Below, piece after piece: positions 11,891 to 24,879 of a DNA stretch of 64,000 nucleotides. Both the position numbers and the translations under genes were made by a program. Source of the stretch: Ostrea edulis (lineage: Eukaryota); contig NC_079170.1 of assembly GCF_947568905.1 (NCBI RefSeq), positions 27,094,001 through 27,158,000 of the forward strand. Direction: 5' to 3'. Position 1 is the stretch's first letter. Each line of letters begins with the position of its first letter. Under the pieces are notes generated by a model. The model searched no databases. It saw only the letters and a program-made list of their open reading frames with translations, and had not been told where the DNA came from.

Positions 11891-13852
11891 AACATAGCTG
11901 ACTGGACTGTGAAGAAACGGTCATGGGTATGTGTATATCTGTTACATAACACGCCCTGTCTGCTTCAACGCCTCAGACATCGATCGGCGCATGCTTTACC
12001 CGTGAAACAGCAAAAGTAACTTCACGAAAACTGATTATCCCTGTTAGTATCAATCACAGAGTGGTTGTTTCATAAATTATTTTTCAGGAATATAAGTCTA
12101 TACATGTATTTGTACAAATATAAAAAAAAACATGTATCACGCAAATATTAAAGTAGGAAAAGGAAAGCCTAGCATCATTATTTGAGAGGGGGGGGGGGAG
12201 ATAAAACGTGTAAAGTGAGGACAATTTTTAACGATTTGACAAAAATCTGCCCAAATTACGTCTCCATAAACGTGACCCGCAGCATAAGAAAGATGTAGAT
12301 ACAAAATGTTAGATTAGAGGGGACAAGTGGTGTGAGGATATGTTCTAATTAATATTCTCTCAAAACCATTTTTTTCCCAATTCGAAAGAGAGTATTAGTT
12401 AGGTGTCCCTATAGCTATATAAACACAGTACATATTTGCCTTTACATCAACATGCGTGTAATCTCTTCTAGACATTGTGAAGACGTCCTAACTTAATAGG
12501 TTTCATAGTGTTGAGAACGTCTCGGGTATGTGTATATCTGTTACATAACACTTCCTGTCTGCTTCAACGCCCCAGACCTCGATCAGCGCACGCTCTACCC
12601 GTGAATCTGCTAAGACAACATTAGACTAGCCACACAAACACCGCTTGGTAATCAATACAAATAAAGCATCAATCTAATTAAGTTGGATCCAAATTCTCAA
12701 ATTTTAATTAAATTTTTGGGGCTTTGAATATAAGAGAGAGAGAGAGGAAAAAACCGCAATGCATATTTTAATGGATATAATATAATACCAAAAAGTAGAT
12801 AACAAGTAAAACGCAGTTTTGGGGTATACACCACCCCTGTCGTATATGTGTGGCCTTATTTTACAGCGTATATTAAATTTTGATTTAACATGCAATTAGA
12901 GAGTAATTTTGATGATACTGACATTCATATGTACCGTAATAAAAAGGAATTAGGAAGTTGTAAGCGAGGAAACCAGCACATGACGAAGGAATTAAAAACA
13001 AACACCCTAGTTTAATTACTGGTAAAATTTGTTGCGTATAGGTAATTGCAAGCTGATAAGTAGATCCCATGTCCTGGAGTAGAGACATTACAATTTTGAC
13101 ATCCTGTATTCGACGCGTTGAACATATACACACAGGGTCTTCTCCCCCGTGTGTTGTTTTAAGAACACGGTCAGCAGGGACCTAACAGGTGTACATATAA
13201 ACGATGTTCGATTGAAATGAGAAAACAAAAATCTTTCTTTTAGCATAATATAAAATTTACATTTTTTTAATTCATAAAACATACAAAATAATATTTTGTT
13301 ATTAATAAATTTTTGAACCAATTCTCGAAGTCTACACAAACGCCATTAAAACAGGCAGAACATATTAATCTTGCACTCGTATACGGTCATTTGTAGATCT
13401 ATTTGTATTATTTTTTCACTGTAAAAAATATTAGGACACAGCTCCTAATCCTTATCATTAAATGTAGCATAAATAAAATGTTTTGTGTTGGGGGTTTTTT
13501 AGAATAAAAAAATCGGAGGTGTATTAAATATGCTAAATCCTAAGTATATCTGGTTTTAGTAGGTCCCTGATTTTCTTTTTCTTTTCTTTTTTCTTTTTTC
13601 TAAAATGATTTATTTAATATACCGGTATGTAATGCGAAATAGCTGGCCATAAGCAAGCCGTACTCATTTTCTGCCGACGAATAAAATAGCTATCGTACAG
13701 TTAGTTTGTCCCTGTTAGGAAAATAACGGTACTCCACACCGCGGCGGTGTAAATCTGCCCCGCGATGAAATCCCGCGGAGGGTTAGCGCGGGAAGGATTA
13801 ACATACCGCGGGGGGAACGCGGTCTAATACGGGATCCACGATGGCCGTACTG
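11224..13852. mobile_element. 2.6-kb non-autonomous Tc1/mariner-like TIR element with TA TSD
   Basis: TA-CAGTACGGCCAACGCGGATCCCGTATT ... AATACGGGATCCACGATGGCCGTACTG-TA; splits a minus-strand Naiad pseudo-LTR (~11125-11221 and 13855-13940); internal duplications; no transposase ORF. Confidence 0.85.
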
Positions 13853-16317
13853 TATACTCGGGTGTCTAGGAGGAGTAAGCGCCCCCTGTCGACCTATGAA
13901 ACCTGTCATGAGCGCTCTATATTGATCAGGTAAACGAAATATGTAAATGCAAAAATTACCAGTGGAAAAAAATCAATTATCCAGTATATAAAACAATCGA
14001 TGCTACAAGGTGCCCATTTTTGGAAAATTCCTCTCGCTTACGAAAATTTGAATCTGCACTTTATGACGTTACAACGACCCAGCAATGTTTCCAATGGCAA
14101 GTAAAACTTCAAATTACTCGCCCTTGATTACAGGTGGCGCACGATACGTTAACGTCCAAGGCGTTTCTAACCTCAATTTTAAGAGAGCGTCGGAAGGACA
14201 CGTTTAGATTAGAAAGTTGTTGAATATTTAGTAACGATTACGGTTCGTGGTACCTCATGACATCACTATAGGTAAACAGTCCTTGCGATTTAATTTTTTA
14301 TTACGCCCATAGGACAAGCGAGAGCATAAAAATTGGCAGCTCAAATAAATTTTACTACCCCAAATGCTAGCGGTACAATAATGATCAAAGGTTTCTACAT
14401 TTTAATTAAATATAACGATTTGGAATGCAAGTTTAGGACAATAGTTCAAGCTCTCTTTCAGCTTCTAATTTACGTCTCTATTCATATGATATGATCGATA
14501 TACTATGAGTAGGTTGCACTTAAAAGCACGACTGTATCCTGCGTAGGAATGGTTATGTGCACCAACCCTTACAATCTTCTCCCACGATTAAGGATTTAGA
14601 GTTTTGGATTAGAATTTAGTTGTCAATTTTCAGGCAATATTGTGAAGTCATCTTTTCTCCCCCCCCCCCCTTTTTTTTAGACAAAGCTACGTGCCTGACT
14701 CATTGTGGTTTTAATTTTAGGTGTTGTTTTTAAAACGCATTACTTCTGGAATTCTCTATATCAATTGCATAATAACGTCGATAGAACTAAACGTCAAATA
14801 CGACTATAACACCCCCTCCCTCCCACCCCAACTCTACAATTTGACGAACTGTGCGTATAAAAAAAATATTATTTAAAATCGAAGGAACTTAAGCTTGTTT
14901 TGTCATAGATATAGTACAAACTGTTAAAACTCATTATGATGAAGAATTTGATTACATAAGCTTTACTATGTAATCTGTTTGTAAATACTATTTCTGTGAA
15001 GCTTAAGCCCGGAATGATAAGTGCGTCCTCAACTTCCGGTGTAAAAGGAGTAACTGCAAATTGTAGGCCATTAACATATTATTTTTGAAGGGGCACTTGT
15101 TTTGTGTTAACAATTTATTTCAAAATCTTCATTTGGTAACTCACATATGCTTCATGGACAGAAAAAAAGTATTTTCTTTCGAACTCCATTTTTTAGCGAT
15201 TCTTGTTGGAAAATTAAGGTTGCAGCCCAAATTTGGAAAGGAAAAATAAATTCTGGTAAAAGAAAGTTTAGTTCTACATTAGTTTTGTATTTGGATATAT
15301 TTGGACGTTTTATTTTTAAATTTATGTTTGATCAATGTCATATCTTGTATAAAGCAGTCATTTCCTATCATTTTCTGAATTCAACTTTTTAAAAATTCAG
15401 AAACATGAAGGATTTCTTATCTAAAATGTTATGTTGTCTTCATGTATATTGCCAATAATATATATCTTAGTTTTCGAATAGCTAAGTAAAGCCTAGCCTC
15501 ATTTTTTATTGGGGTCCTCAAATATCCCATTTTCCCTTTGAAGTACAGAAGCCAATATTTAATATGTTGTTTGCATGTGTTTTCTGTTTTATGTTGCAAT
15601 TAGTTAAGGTTTTGCCCATACATGGCTAGATTGACTAGACTACTTGTTTTTTTTTAAGCTTCATTTCTCGGGGAGCCTACCCCCGTCCCTGTTTGCACAA
15701 CAAAAAGCTTACACTCTCTCATTAATCTTATGCACACCGGAAGTCAACAAGAGCATTGTAATGAAGTTCTTTTAGATTTTGTGTAGGCAATAGAGAAAAG
15801 AACTTCATTACATATGATGGCAGCGGTGGGATTTTGTGATAATTGGTTTAGAGAAAAGATATTTGGTAGAATATCGGTGGTTCAGAAAAAGTTCTATCAA
15901 ATCAATCTAATTTTTGCAATTTTGATTTCAGTGCAATTTGAAAGTTTGGTTTATTGGGTTTTTTTCCTTTGCTGCTCTGGTGTGTAGTTGATAATATCAT
16001 TGCCTCAGTGGGTTCAGGACGCTGTTTAAAAGGGTCAGGACTTAATTGTCAGTGTGTCTCGAGTTGTGGAAACATGCTACGGCAGTTGATAGAGAAGAAA
16101 CAAGAGATGGAACTACAACGAATGGCCATGGAGAAAGATGCAGAAAAACAGAAACTGGACGTAGAAAGGGAAATGGAGGGAAAAAGGTTACAGGTAAAAA
16201 TGAGAAAATTAGATCTTATCCTTGGACGAATTTGGCTCCACTTTTTTGGCACGCTGTTTTGGCTATATTTAGCTCTAACACTTCATTGTTATTTCGGATT
16301 TCAAACATTTCGGTTGA

Positions 16318-16361
16318 GCATCACTGAAGAGACATTATTTGTCGAAATGCGCATCTGGTGC
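16318..16361 (+). ncRNA. Type I hammerhead ribozyme (family A), predicted cleavage after C16355
   Basis: GCAUCA-CUGAAGA-GACA(UUAUU)UGUC-GAAA-UGCGCAUC-UGGUGC: full core, 4-bp stem II, palindromic AUGCGCAU stem III, AUC site, 6-bp stem I. Confidence 0.9.
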
Positions 16362-16669
16362 ATCCAAATTGGTACCGTATAAGTTTTACATTATGACCCC
16401 TGGGTCGAGGCCTCTGCTGGTGGACTGTTAGTCCCCGAGGGTCTCTACAGCCCAGTAGCTAAGTACTTCGTTACTAGCTTGAAAATACGGATGTATATTT
16501 AATTGCTGTTATAAAATTTTAAAAATTCATTTCAAAATTAAGGATTATCTTCCTCATGCATAGTTCTTATCCTTGGACGAATTTGGCTCCACTTTTTTTG
16601 GCACGCTGTTGTGGCTATATATAGCTCTAAAACTTCATAGTTATTTCGGATTTCAAACATTTCGGTTGA

Positions 16670-16713
16670 GCATCACTGAAGAGACATTATTTGTCGAAAT
16701 GCGCATCTGGTGC
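16670..16713 (+). ncRNA. Type I hammerhead ribozyme (family A), predicted cleavage after C16707
   Basis: Identical to 16318-16361. Confidence 0.9.
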
Positions 16714-16834
16714 ATAAAAATTGGTACCGTATAAGTTTTACATCTACAGGAACAGGCAATGAAAGCCAAGGGTAAACCGGGTGATAGTGACACCAAAGAA
16801 CAGAAGCATGAGGTAAAGTAACGGCAAACTACGG

Positions 16835-17345
16835 AATGATTTCAACTTCTCCATCGTCAACTTCCCATATTTATGTAGCAACGTTCCGTTATCACCTGCA
16901 ATTGGTGTTTACATTTCTCAACTGATTCGATACGCAAAAGCTGGTTCTGCGTATGATCAGTTTTTAAATCTAAGCAGGCTACTGACAAACAAGTTGATGG
17001 TGCAAGAGTCTCGTTTAAAATCAGCATTTCGCAAATTCTATGACCGTTATATCGAACGAGTTTGCCAATACAACATATCACTGGGCCAAATGTTGTCTGA
17101 CGTGTTTCATACGGATTGTTAGACCGTCTTGGTACACTGATGTTGACTACGGATACCTCCGTTTATGTGATCTGGATATAGGGCTAACGGCGGGTGTGAC
17201 CGGTCGACAGGGGATTCTTACTCCTCCTAGACACCTGATCCCTCCTCTGGTATATCCAGGGCTCCGTGTTTGCCCAACTATCTATTTTGTATTGCTTATA
17301 GGAGTTGTGAAATTGATCACTATTCGTTATTTTCACCTTTCACCA
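16835..17345 (+). mobile_element. Naiad-type Penelope-like element, RT C-terminus plus pseudo-LTR
   Basis: DFNFSIVNFPYLCSNVPLSPAIGVYISQLIRYA...KFYDRY; shares a diagnostic deletion (GTGCAAGAGTCTCG) with 40505-40910. Confidence 0.8.
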
Positions 17346-17499
17346 GCATTCATTAATAATTCCGTGTCAGAGTAATTTTGATTTTGAAGTAGGGAGATGA
17401 CTCTTGTCCTAACTAAAACGTTACCATTCCTTAAACCTCTGTGAACCATATATTGTAGATAGGACGGCATGTTCTAGAGAAATTTTAAGGCTGCATTAA

Positions 17500-17743
17500 A
17501 GATCGTAGCGGCTAGTATAGGGCTAAGTATGATTGCTGATTTGCAGCATCTATCATCTTTTTGTCCTTTTTAGGCGACAAGAAGCTAATATTATCATTGT
17601 GTTGTCTTTTCGCTATCTCGAGACGAAAAGTCATTACAAATCGTTTTGTTGTCTTTTCACCTCGAAATAACAACACACAAACAAATGTAAAATGACACAA
17701 ATCAGTCACCATACCTATCCCCTAGGCTAGCCGCCTACGATCT
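17500..17743. mobile_element. ~245-bp MITE with ~45-bp imperfect TIRs
   Basis: GATCGTAGCGGCTAGTATAGGG...GATTTG vs CAAATCAGTCACCATACCTATCCCCTAGGCTAGCCGCCTACGATC; paralog at 41066-41309. Confidence 0.7.
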
Positions 17744-17802
17744 AGAACACAGCCCAGGTATATTGTTGGTTTCTGTAATATACTGTTGTCATCTTGTTAT
17801 GA

Positions 17803-17952
17803 TTGATTACTTTTTACGCCCTGTTCAGAATTTTTCACACGTATTGAGACATCACCAGCTGTAGGTAAAGTACCACGAAATTAGACCTATGCCTAGTATC
17901 CAGGGCCGTAGTAGTGATGGTTCTTTTTCGTGCCAACTCCTGTCGCTACCGC
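17803..17952 (-). mobile_element. Internally deleted copy of the SINE at 41366-41704
   Basis: Joins CTGTCGC|TACCGCGA; 185 bp of the paralog (41513-41697) are missing. Confidence 0.8.
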
Positions 17953-18098
17953 GATTCAAATGATGTCATTGCACATTTTCTCAATGATCAGGTGAGCGTC
18001 TCTATTTTGATATGTGTTGTTTTAATCAAAGGTTACGAAGAATACACACATGGATGGATACTGTTTGTTTTTGAAAGACTCATATTGCTCCACCAGAA

Positions 18099-18400
18099 TT
18101 ATAGCGTGTTCATTGGAAAACCAGAAAAGACATTATAAAAAGCGTGGTCATCAGTTTTGTCTTTTTGATTCAGATTCTGTCACCTTTGTTTAACAACAGC
18201 TGTAGAAGCTGACTTGCATGTGGATGTGTATTAGTTTTAAAAACAAAATAGATGTCTTTTTGCTATGTTTAGCAACATTGACATGAAAATGATTACTTCG
18301 ATGACTCATGGAGCTGCAAGGGATAATGTAGAAACTCTTCAGAGTCTACAACGTTCATAGCAAAAATACTGTTTACTCGGATTTACGCAGGTCTTAGTAA
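18099..18400 (-). pseudogene. C1q-domain pseudogene
   Basis: CSSMSHRSNHFHVNVAK...QLLQLLLNKGDRI*...YNVFSGFPMNTL* with frameshifts and Trp>TGA. Confidence 0.8.
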
Positions 18401-19904
18401 TCTGAATTTCATTTTAATAGCATCATTGAAATATGTAAGATGTTTTAAAAAGGGTTTATTTTCTTCAATGAAGTTATTTTGTTAGGCGAGACCCTGGAAA
18501 TAAAAGCACCTTCTTTCATATTGGTTTAACCTAAAACCAGACATTCTAATAATTCATTATTGTCCGATGAATGAAAATACTGAATAAAGGTTTACAGATG
18601 ATTTTGGAAAAGTCAAAGTCACCTGCATGATATAAACTTCACAAATTCTTCTTGGGATCTTGGAACTATCAGAACCTATGCATATGTAACGTTATCAAAA
18701 ACCCTAATTGTTTTAATTTTATTTGATGATAGCCGAGATCAACGACCGGTCCGAAATTCTACATCACATATCACACCGACGTGCATATTAATCCAAAAAT
18801 TACGTATTCGTTAGTAACAATCAAAGTATTTCTTGTAGTAAATCAATGTATCATTATTTCCAAAGATAATCATAATCAATGCGCATGTGCATCAAAAGTT
18901 TTTAACCAATGTATCAAATATTTACGCTTATAATAAATCAGCGCACCAAAGTGTTACCATAGTAAATCATTGCATCAAGGTTTTTATCATGGTAAATAGA
19001 GGATATCTATATTGCGTGTTTTGATATTTGGTTTATTCAACGAGTTGACATGGTGTATTTATTCGAGAGGCTTGCCGAGCGATTCATGTATATTACAAAG
19101 GGCATTTTTATAAAAGAAATCATGGATGAAAAATGTTTTAGAAGGGATATACTTTATGATTAATAATGAATTTGCCATTCCAACAAAATATTATAAACAG
19201 CTATTGATCGAGCGAGTATTTATTTTTTTTATGTAGGCCTGACCCTTTGGTTAAAGGTTTGATGTCGCTGTCTTTCTAAAAAAAATACTTGTGTAACAAC
19301 GATCATTGAAAATGGGCCTAATATTCTAATATAGCGTTATTAGAATGTTCAACATTTTACAATGAAAAGTAGAAGTGTTTGTGCATTTGTAATTTATTCA
19401 CATGGTTTCTTTGAATATAAGGGCGTGAAAAAATCCTGAGGCACTTTAGTAAGTTAGTAAGTAAAGCTGTTGAGATTTATTACATTCAATATGGCTCCAA
19501 CGAAAAGAGGTTGTACTTGTGAATGTTTAATACCGCAGCATGTCGAGGTACTTTCGATTAGGCCTGTCCAGTAAGCGGTTGATTCTTTATTGATGATAAT
19601 AGTGTGGACATCACTTTGTTTTCTTATCATAATATTTTTGAGTAGGTATTGATCGAGTTGACATTTTTATGGCCGGTAACTTGCATCTTATATCAGTGGG
19701 GTCACTATCATTTTAATTTTGTTATAAAAGAAATTCTAGATAAGTACAGAAAAACAAGTCATATGCTTTATTTCATGCATTGATATGCATCAACACGGGA
19801 AATATGTCATCCAAGCGGGGACAGTGTCAAACGTTGTTCGGACCAGAAGCTAATGCTTATCTCACTTGCAATATACAGCACATGTATGAGATAAAGTCAT
19901 ATGT

Positions 19905-21720
19905 TTAACACCACTCTGATTCACCGCACAAGTACTCTGAAAGTTGAAATAAAAAAATATGCTAGAGTTCTTCATTGACAATATCTTCGTGGTCTTTGGT
20001 GATCAGGTCTTCCAACAGTTTCTTGGAATTCCCATGGGCACGAATTGTGCTCCTTTGTTAGCTGATCTGTTTCTATATTCATAGGAAACAGAATTTATTC
20101 AAAAACTTCAAAAAATATCTCGCTGTGGTCTTCAAATCGACATTTTGATATATCGATGACGTTTTGTCTATTCACAATCATAACTTTCATTCATCTGTCT
20201 TTTTGATATATCCCTGTGAGCTCGAAATAAAGAACGCCACAGAGTCGTCCACTTCTGCTTCATACTTAGATATTTCATTGAAAGTAGACATTAACGGCAA
20301 ACTGACAACTCAACTTTGTGAAAAGCGGGGTGATTTTAGCTTCTCCCTCGTCAACTTTCCATATTTATGTAGCAATATTCCAGTATCACTTGCATATGGT
20401 GTTTATATATCTCAACTGATTTGATATGCAAGAACTCCATCTGTATATAATCAGTTTTTAACTCGAGGTAAGCTACTGACAAACAAATTGATGGTACAGG
20501 GGTTTCAACAGTCTCGATAGAAATCATAATTTCGCAAATTCGATGGTTGTTATAACGATCTAGTTCATCAATAGAACCTATCATTAGGTCAAATGCAAGG
20601 TGAAGATAACGAACAGTGATCAATCTCATAACTCCTACAAGCAATACAAAATAGATAGTTGGGCAAACACGGACCCCTGGACACACCAGAGGTGGGATGA
20701 GGTGCCTAGGAGGAGTAAGCATCCCCTGTTGACCGGTCACACCCACCGTGAGCCCCATATCCTGATCAGGTAAACGGAGTTATCCGCAGTCAAAATCAGT
20801 GTGCCAAGAACGGCTTAACAATCGGTATGAAACACTTCAGACAGCATTTGACCCAATGCGAGGTTGTATTGACGAACTAGATCGTTATAACGACCATATA
20901 ATTTGCGAAATGCTGACAAATTGTTAGGCCATTGTTGGCACACTGATTTTGACTACGGATAACTCCGTTTACCTGATCATGATATAGGGCTCACGGCGGA
21001 TCTAATCGGTCGACAGGGGATTCTTACTCCTCCTAGGCACCTGATCCCACCTCTGGTGTGTCCAGGGGTCCGTGTTTGCCAACTATTTAGATATATGAAT
21101 TCAACTCTGGGACTCCGTATCTAATAACAAAAACTCTAGAAACTCTATTCCACATGTATGTACATATCATAAGGGCATGAAAAAAATGCAGTATATGATA
21201 AGTATAATATCACATGCCAAAATCCTTGTACTATATCATATCAGCCCTCAAGTATTCGGCCCTCAGGGTGATATGACATATGACATGGATTTTAACATGT
21301 TAAATTGAGGCAGGTTACTGACAAATAAGTTGATCTTAGTGGGATTTCAACAGTCTCATTTCGCAAATTCTATGGTCGTTATGATATAATTTGCAAATAT
21401 GTCCTCTCATTAGGTTCAATGCTGTCTGGCCTGATCCATACCAATTGTTAGATCCTTTATTATATATTGATTTCAATTACGTCAAATGCTGTCTGACTTG
21501 TTTCAAACCAATTGTTATGCCGTTCTTGGCACACTGATTTTGACTACGGATAACTCTGTTAGCCCGATCAAGATGTTGGGCTAAGAGTGGATGTACCTAG
21601 TACACAGGGGATGCTTACTACTCTTCGACACCTGATTCTACCTTTGGTGTGTCAAGGGGTCCGTGTTTCCCCTACTCTCAATCTTGCATTTTTTACATAC
21701 TTGATGAGAATGATCACTTT
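19905..21720. mobile_element. Complex tandem/inverted Naiad-type Penelope-like insertion
   Basis: Plus-strand RT (GIPMGTNCAPLLADLFLYS, YIDD, ELEIKNATES) at 19905-20585, inverted 3' segment at ~20590-20915, further plus-strand pieces to 21720. Confidence 0.8.
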
Positions 21721-21814
21721 TCTCCTCGCTTTTTCATTTGATATTAGTATAACCAACAATTTGATATTTCAGATATGCAGTATATGATACATATATTATT
21801 ATACCTCAGTATGA

Positions 21815-22410
21815 GAAATCCATGCAACGCATAATCTGATTGGTCTAGACGGTCACGTGCCAGGGATGACAAAACTTCATATCTCCCTCTCAAACATCAT
21901 ATCTCCCTATCATATTTACCCCTTGGGCAGCCTCGTGCAATTTTCATAAATTTAACGTCAAGGTAGACGTCACAATAAGTCATTCTACTTTCATAGTTGT
22001 ATGACAGAAATATACGGGTGTCTGATAGACAGTTTAAGCGCATAGTTTTAGTGGATACAAAATCAAGCAAGTAAATTAGCATTTAAGGAGAATGGAAATA
22101 CAAAAGCTGGTTATCATATCACTGTATTTCGTTGTCTGTACCCTCTACCGTAATACGTTGACGGATCGGTGTTACCTTTAGGGCGATCTCAGCTACATAC
22201 AATGTATAGATGAGCGGACTCCAATTTCAAATGCACTTTTGTATTCTTTTTTTTTTCGGTATAATAAACAATTTATTACATGAATGTTCGGGAGATAGAA
22301 AGATTTATTCACCCCCCAAAAATTCATATTCCCCTAGGGCGTTGCCCTCAGGGAATATGATTTTTCTTGAATGAATAAATATACATATCTCCCTCACTAT
22401 AATGCAATAA
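21815..22410. mobile_element. Unclassified ~600-bp non-autonomous element with internal hairpins
   Basis: Absent from the paralogous site (~42290); contains the TCATATTCCC...GGGAATATGA palindrome. Confidence 0.45.
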
Positions 22411-23219
22411 ATGTATAATATTAAATGTTAAAATCCATGTCATATTTCATATCAGCCCTCGGGCCCCATTTAAAATCATCGGGTCTTCGGCCCTCAGGAT
22501 TTTACACATATAGTAGTGGCGTTTTTTTTACGTTTTGAACATAGTTGTTTGATGTAGTCGTGCAACGAAAGTTTCAAAAATGTTCATAATCCAATGTTTT
22601 GTGTCCCCATTTATGTCTTCTGTTAGATCGATTTGATTCAAAAAGAAAACTTTTCATTAAGGGCGAAGTCTTCATGAAAGGTGAAGATAACGAACAGTGA
22701 TCAATCTCATAACTCTTATAACCAATACAAAATAGAGAGTTGGACATAAATTCAAATATGTAATGCAACTCTACTTTTAAAAACATTGTGTTTCCTGTTT
22801 GAATCCGTTCAGAAGTTGCATATTTCATGTTTCTCGCGTACTTGAAAATTAGCTAATATATTCTAACATGGATTTTGGAAAGCATGTTTCTATGTAATGC
22901 CAGACGTAGAATGTCTTTAAGAGTGACCAATTCACGTGAACTGCTATTTTAAAATAATATAAAAAATTATTGGAAGTATGTGATATAAACGAAACGCTTA
23001 TGACTCTGGTGATCTAAAACCAGAACCATTTCTGACTTAGCAGTAGTTATTTGACTGTGAATCAGTTGGAACGTTAAGTTCAATTGTGATACCATCATAT
23101 CATGGAAATTATTCAACGCAAATCTGAGTAAATTATGAATATTTGAATTTTCCATAACTATGTTCAACACCATAGGTTTCCTTCCTTTACAATATCCTTC
23201 ATTTATTATAGACACAGGT

Positions 23220-23620
23220 TTACAGTTCATTTATCAGAACACCAGAAAACACATTATACACTTTACCATCATGGATCTTTGCTGCAACATTATTATTGTT
23301 CCGCATCCATATTTTGTCGCCTTTGTTTAGTAATAAGTGTAAGGTCTGACTGGATTGTGGATAGGTTTTGGCTGCAGAAAACACCACGGATAATCTGATA
23401 CCATTCTTCATTATTCCTAGATGAACATGATTCTTTGGGAGACTCATCAAGCTACAGGAGAAGCTGTAGAGACCGTTATAGGGGGCAGTAAAAACGCCGG
23501 TTGTTGGTTGATAGGCTCCTCCCCAATTTGTCAACACGTGATCATACTTCACCACAGCATAAGCGGCCACTGTTGTGTCTTTGGACAGAAGGGCTGTGAA
23601 AGCAACACTCGGTCCTCTCT
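23220..23620 (-). CDS. C1qDC gene A, C1q-domain exon (CDS = complement join 26230..26281, 23220..23620; 150 aa)
   Basis: gC1q motifs VAFTA, YDHVLTNWGGAY, TGVFTAP..GLY.FS, KNG, LLLNKGDKIW, YNVFSG.L; acceptor TTTAACAG at 23621, phase 1. Confidence 0.92.
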
Positions 23621-24879
23621 CTGTTAAACATGAATTACATTTTAGTACTTCGTGCATTTTCTGAATATCTTTTTAAAAATTGTTCATGTTCTAAAATTTC
23701 CAAAGGGTGAAAATTTGCAATTTGCCACTAGCAATATGCAGTTTTTATTGCATACCACTTTATATTATCATACCTAAGCTAAATATATCTAATGTTATAA
23801 CGATTTAGTTTGCAAATACAACCTATCATTTGGTCAGATCTGTTTGACGTGTTTCATACCGATTGTTAGACCGTTCTTGGCACACTGATTTTAACTACAG
23901 ATAACTCCGTTTATCTGATCAAGATCTAGGGCACACGACGGGTGTGACCGGTCGACAGGGGATGCTTACTCCTCCTATGTGTATCCAGGGAACAGTGTTT
24001 ACCAACTCTATTTTTAATTGCTTATTGAGGTTATCAGATTGATCACTCTTCGTTATCTTCACCTTTCATCTAATGTCTAGTTCAAGTATTCCAATTATTA
24101 TTCTTATCAGTTATTCAAATATCATTAAGACTTTCTGCTTTCTCTTTTTCAAAATGCGTAACTCAAACGTCTGTTCATTTAAAATTATTATGTGAAAAAA
24201 TTCTCATAACGACAATCAATACGGAAGTTCCGAGTTCCCCAAGAATTATTTCCCTTTATCAAACTCTTCCGTAAATTATGACGTAAAATATGATGACAGT
24301 GTGTGCATTTGCTAATTACTATCGTTGTATTATTTCTTAAAAGATGATATCCAGAGTTTCTGAGACCATCCTATCTCAGGGGAAAGGCAACTTTAGTGAG
24401 TTTATGAGTATCGGATAACAGAATGGCTCAAACAAATACTGTTAATTGCCTTCTTTCTATGATAAAAGCGACACTCGTGTAGAAGAGGAAACGAATAATG
24501 ATTTAAAAACCAATTTGACGATCTTATTCAAACAAATCATGCTTGATATGGCCAGAATGTACATACCAGTGATTGATTTAAACAAAAGTTACGCTTTTAT
24601 TACATTAATCGTACGTAATCGTTATGTACAATGCCAGTCTACGATATAATGTGTGCATTGTGTACCCACCATACGTCATAAAATGCGAAAGAGATCCACA
24701 AAGAAATAATGTTTGTGTAACTCGGAACTTGCGTATTGTAGCATAACAAGGCTGATGTGACCATGTACTTAATATCCTATGCCAACTACCGTCAGCAGAT
24801 ACTAGTAATATAAGATTAAGTCAATGTATTTGATCAAAGAAGGGAAACAATATTCTAGTGATTTACATGAAATCATAAT

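Larger units (their letters stand above)
16214..16743 (+). mobile_element. Retrozyme-like tandem repeat (~1.5 units of 352 nt, two hammerheads)
   Basis: Unit repeats at a 352-nt offset; same family at 27734, 29295 and 52393. Confidence 0.85.
16074..16821 (+). pseudogene. Coiled-coil ORF fragment (Gypsy gag-like N-terminus) split by the hammerhead repeat
   Basis: Removing 16217-16745 restores MLRQLIEKKQEMELQR...MRKLD|LQEQAMKAKGKPGDSDTKEQKHEVK* in frame; the gag assignment rests on composition only. Confidence 0.5.

Noticed and set aside
19905-20585. In-frame TGA in Naiad RT as selenocysteine
   Set aside because: Copies also carry TAA/TAG and frameshifts, and no SECIS was recognisable; decay explains the stops
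20351-20758. Recurring short ORFs with LTAGVTG.QG.LTPPRHLIPPLV.PGVRVCPT (also 17040, 35853, 38147)
   Set aside because: Read-through of the Penelope-like terminal repeat in either orientation, not a gene family
23621-23657. ORF-track N-termini MHEVLKCNSCLT (and MHKVLRCNSCVA at 49469-49505)
   Set aside because: Not hydrophobic; ends at a canonical acceptor; a proper signal exon in matching phase exists upstream
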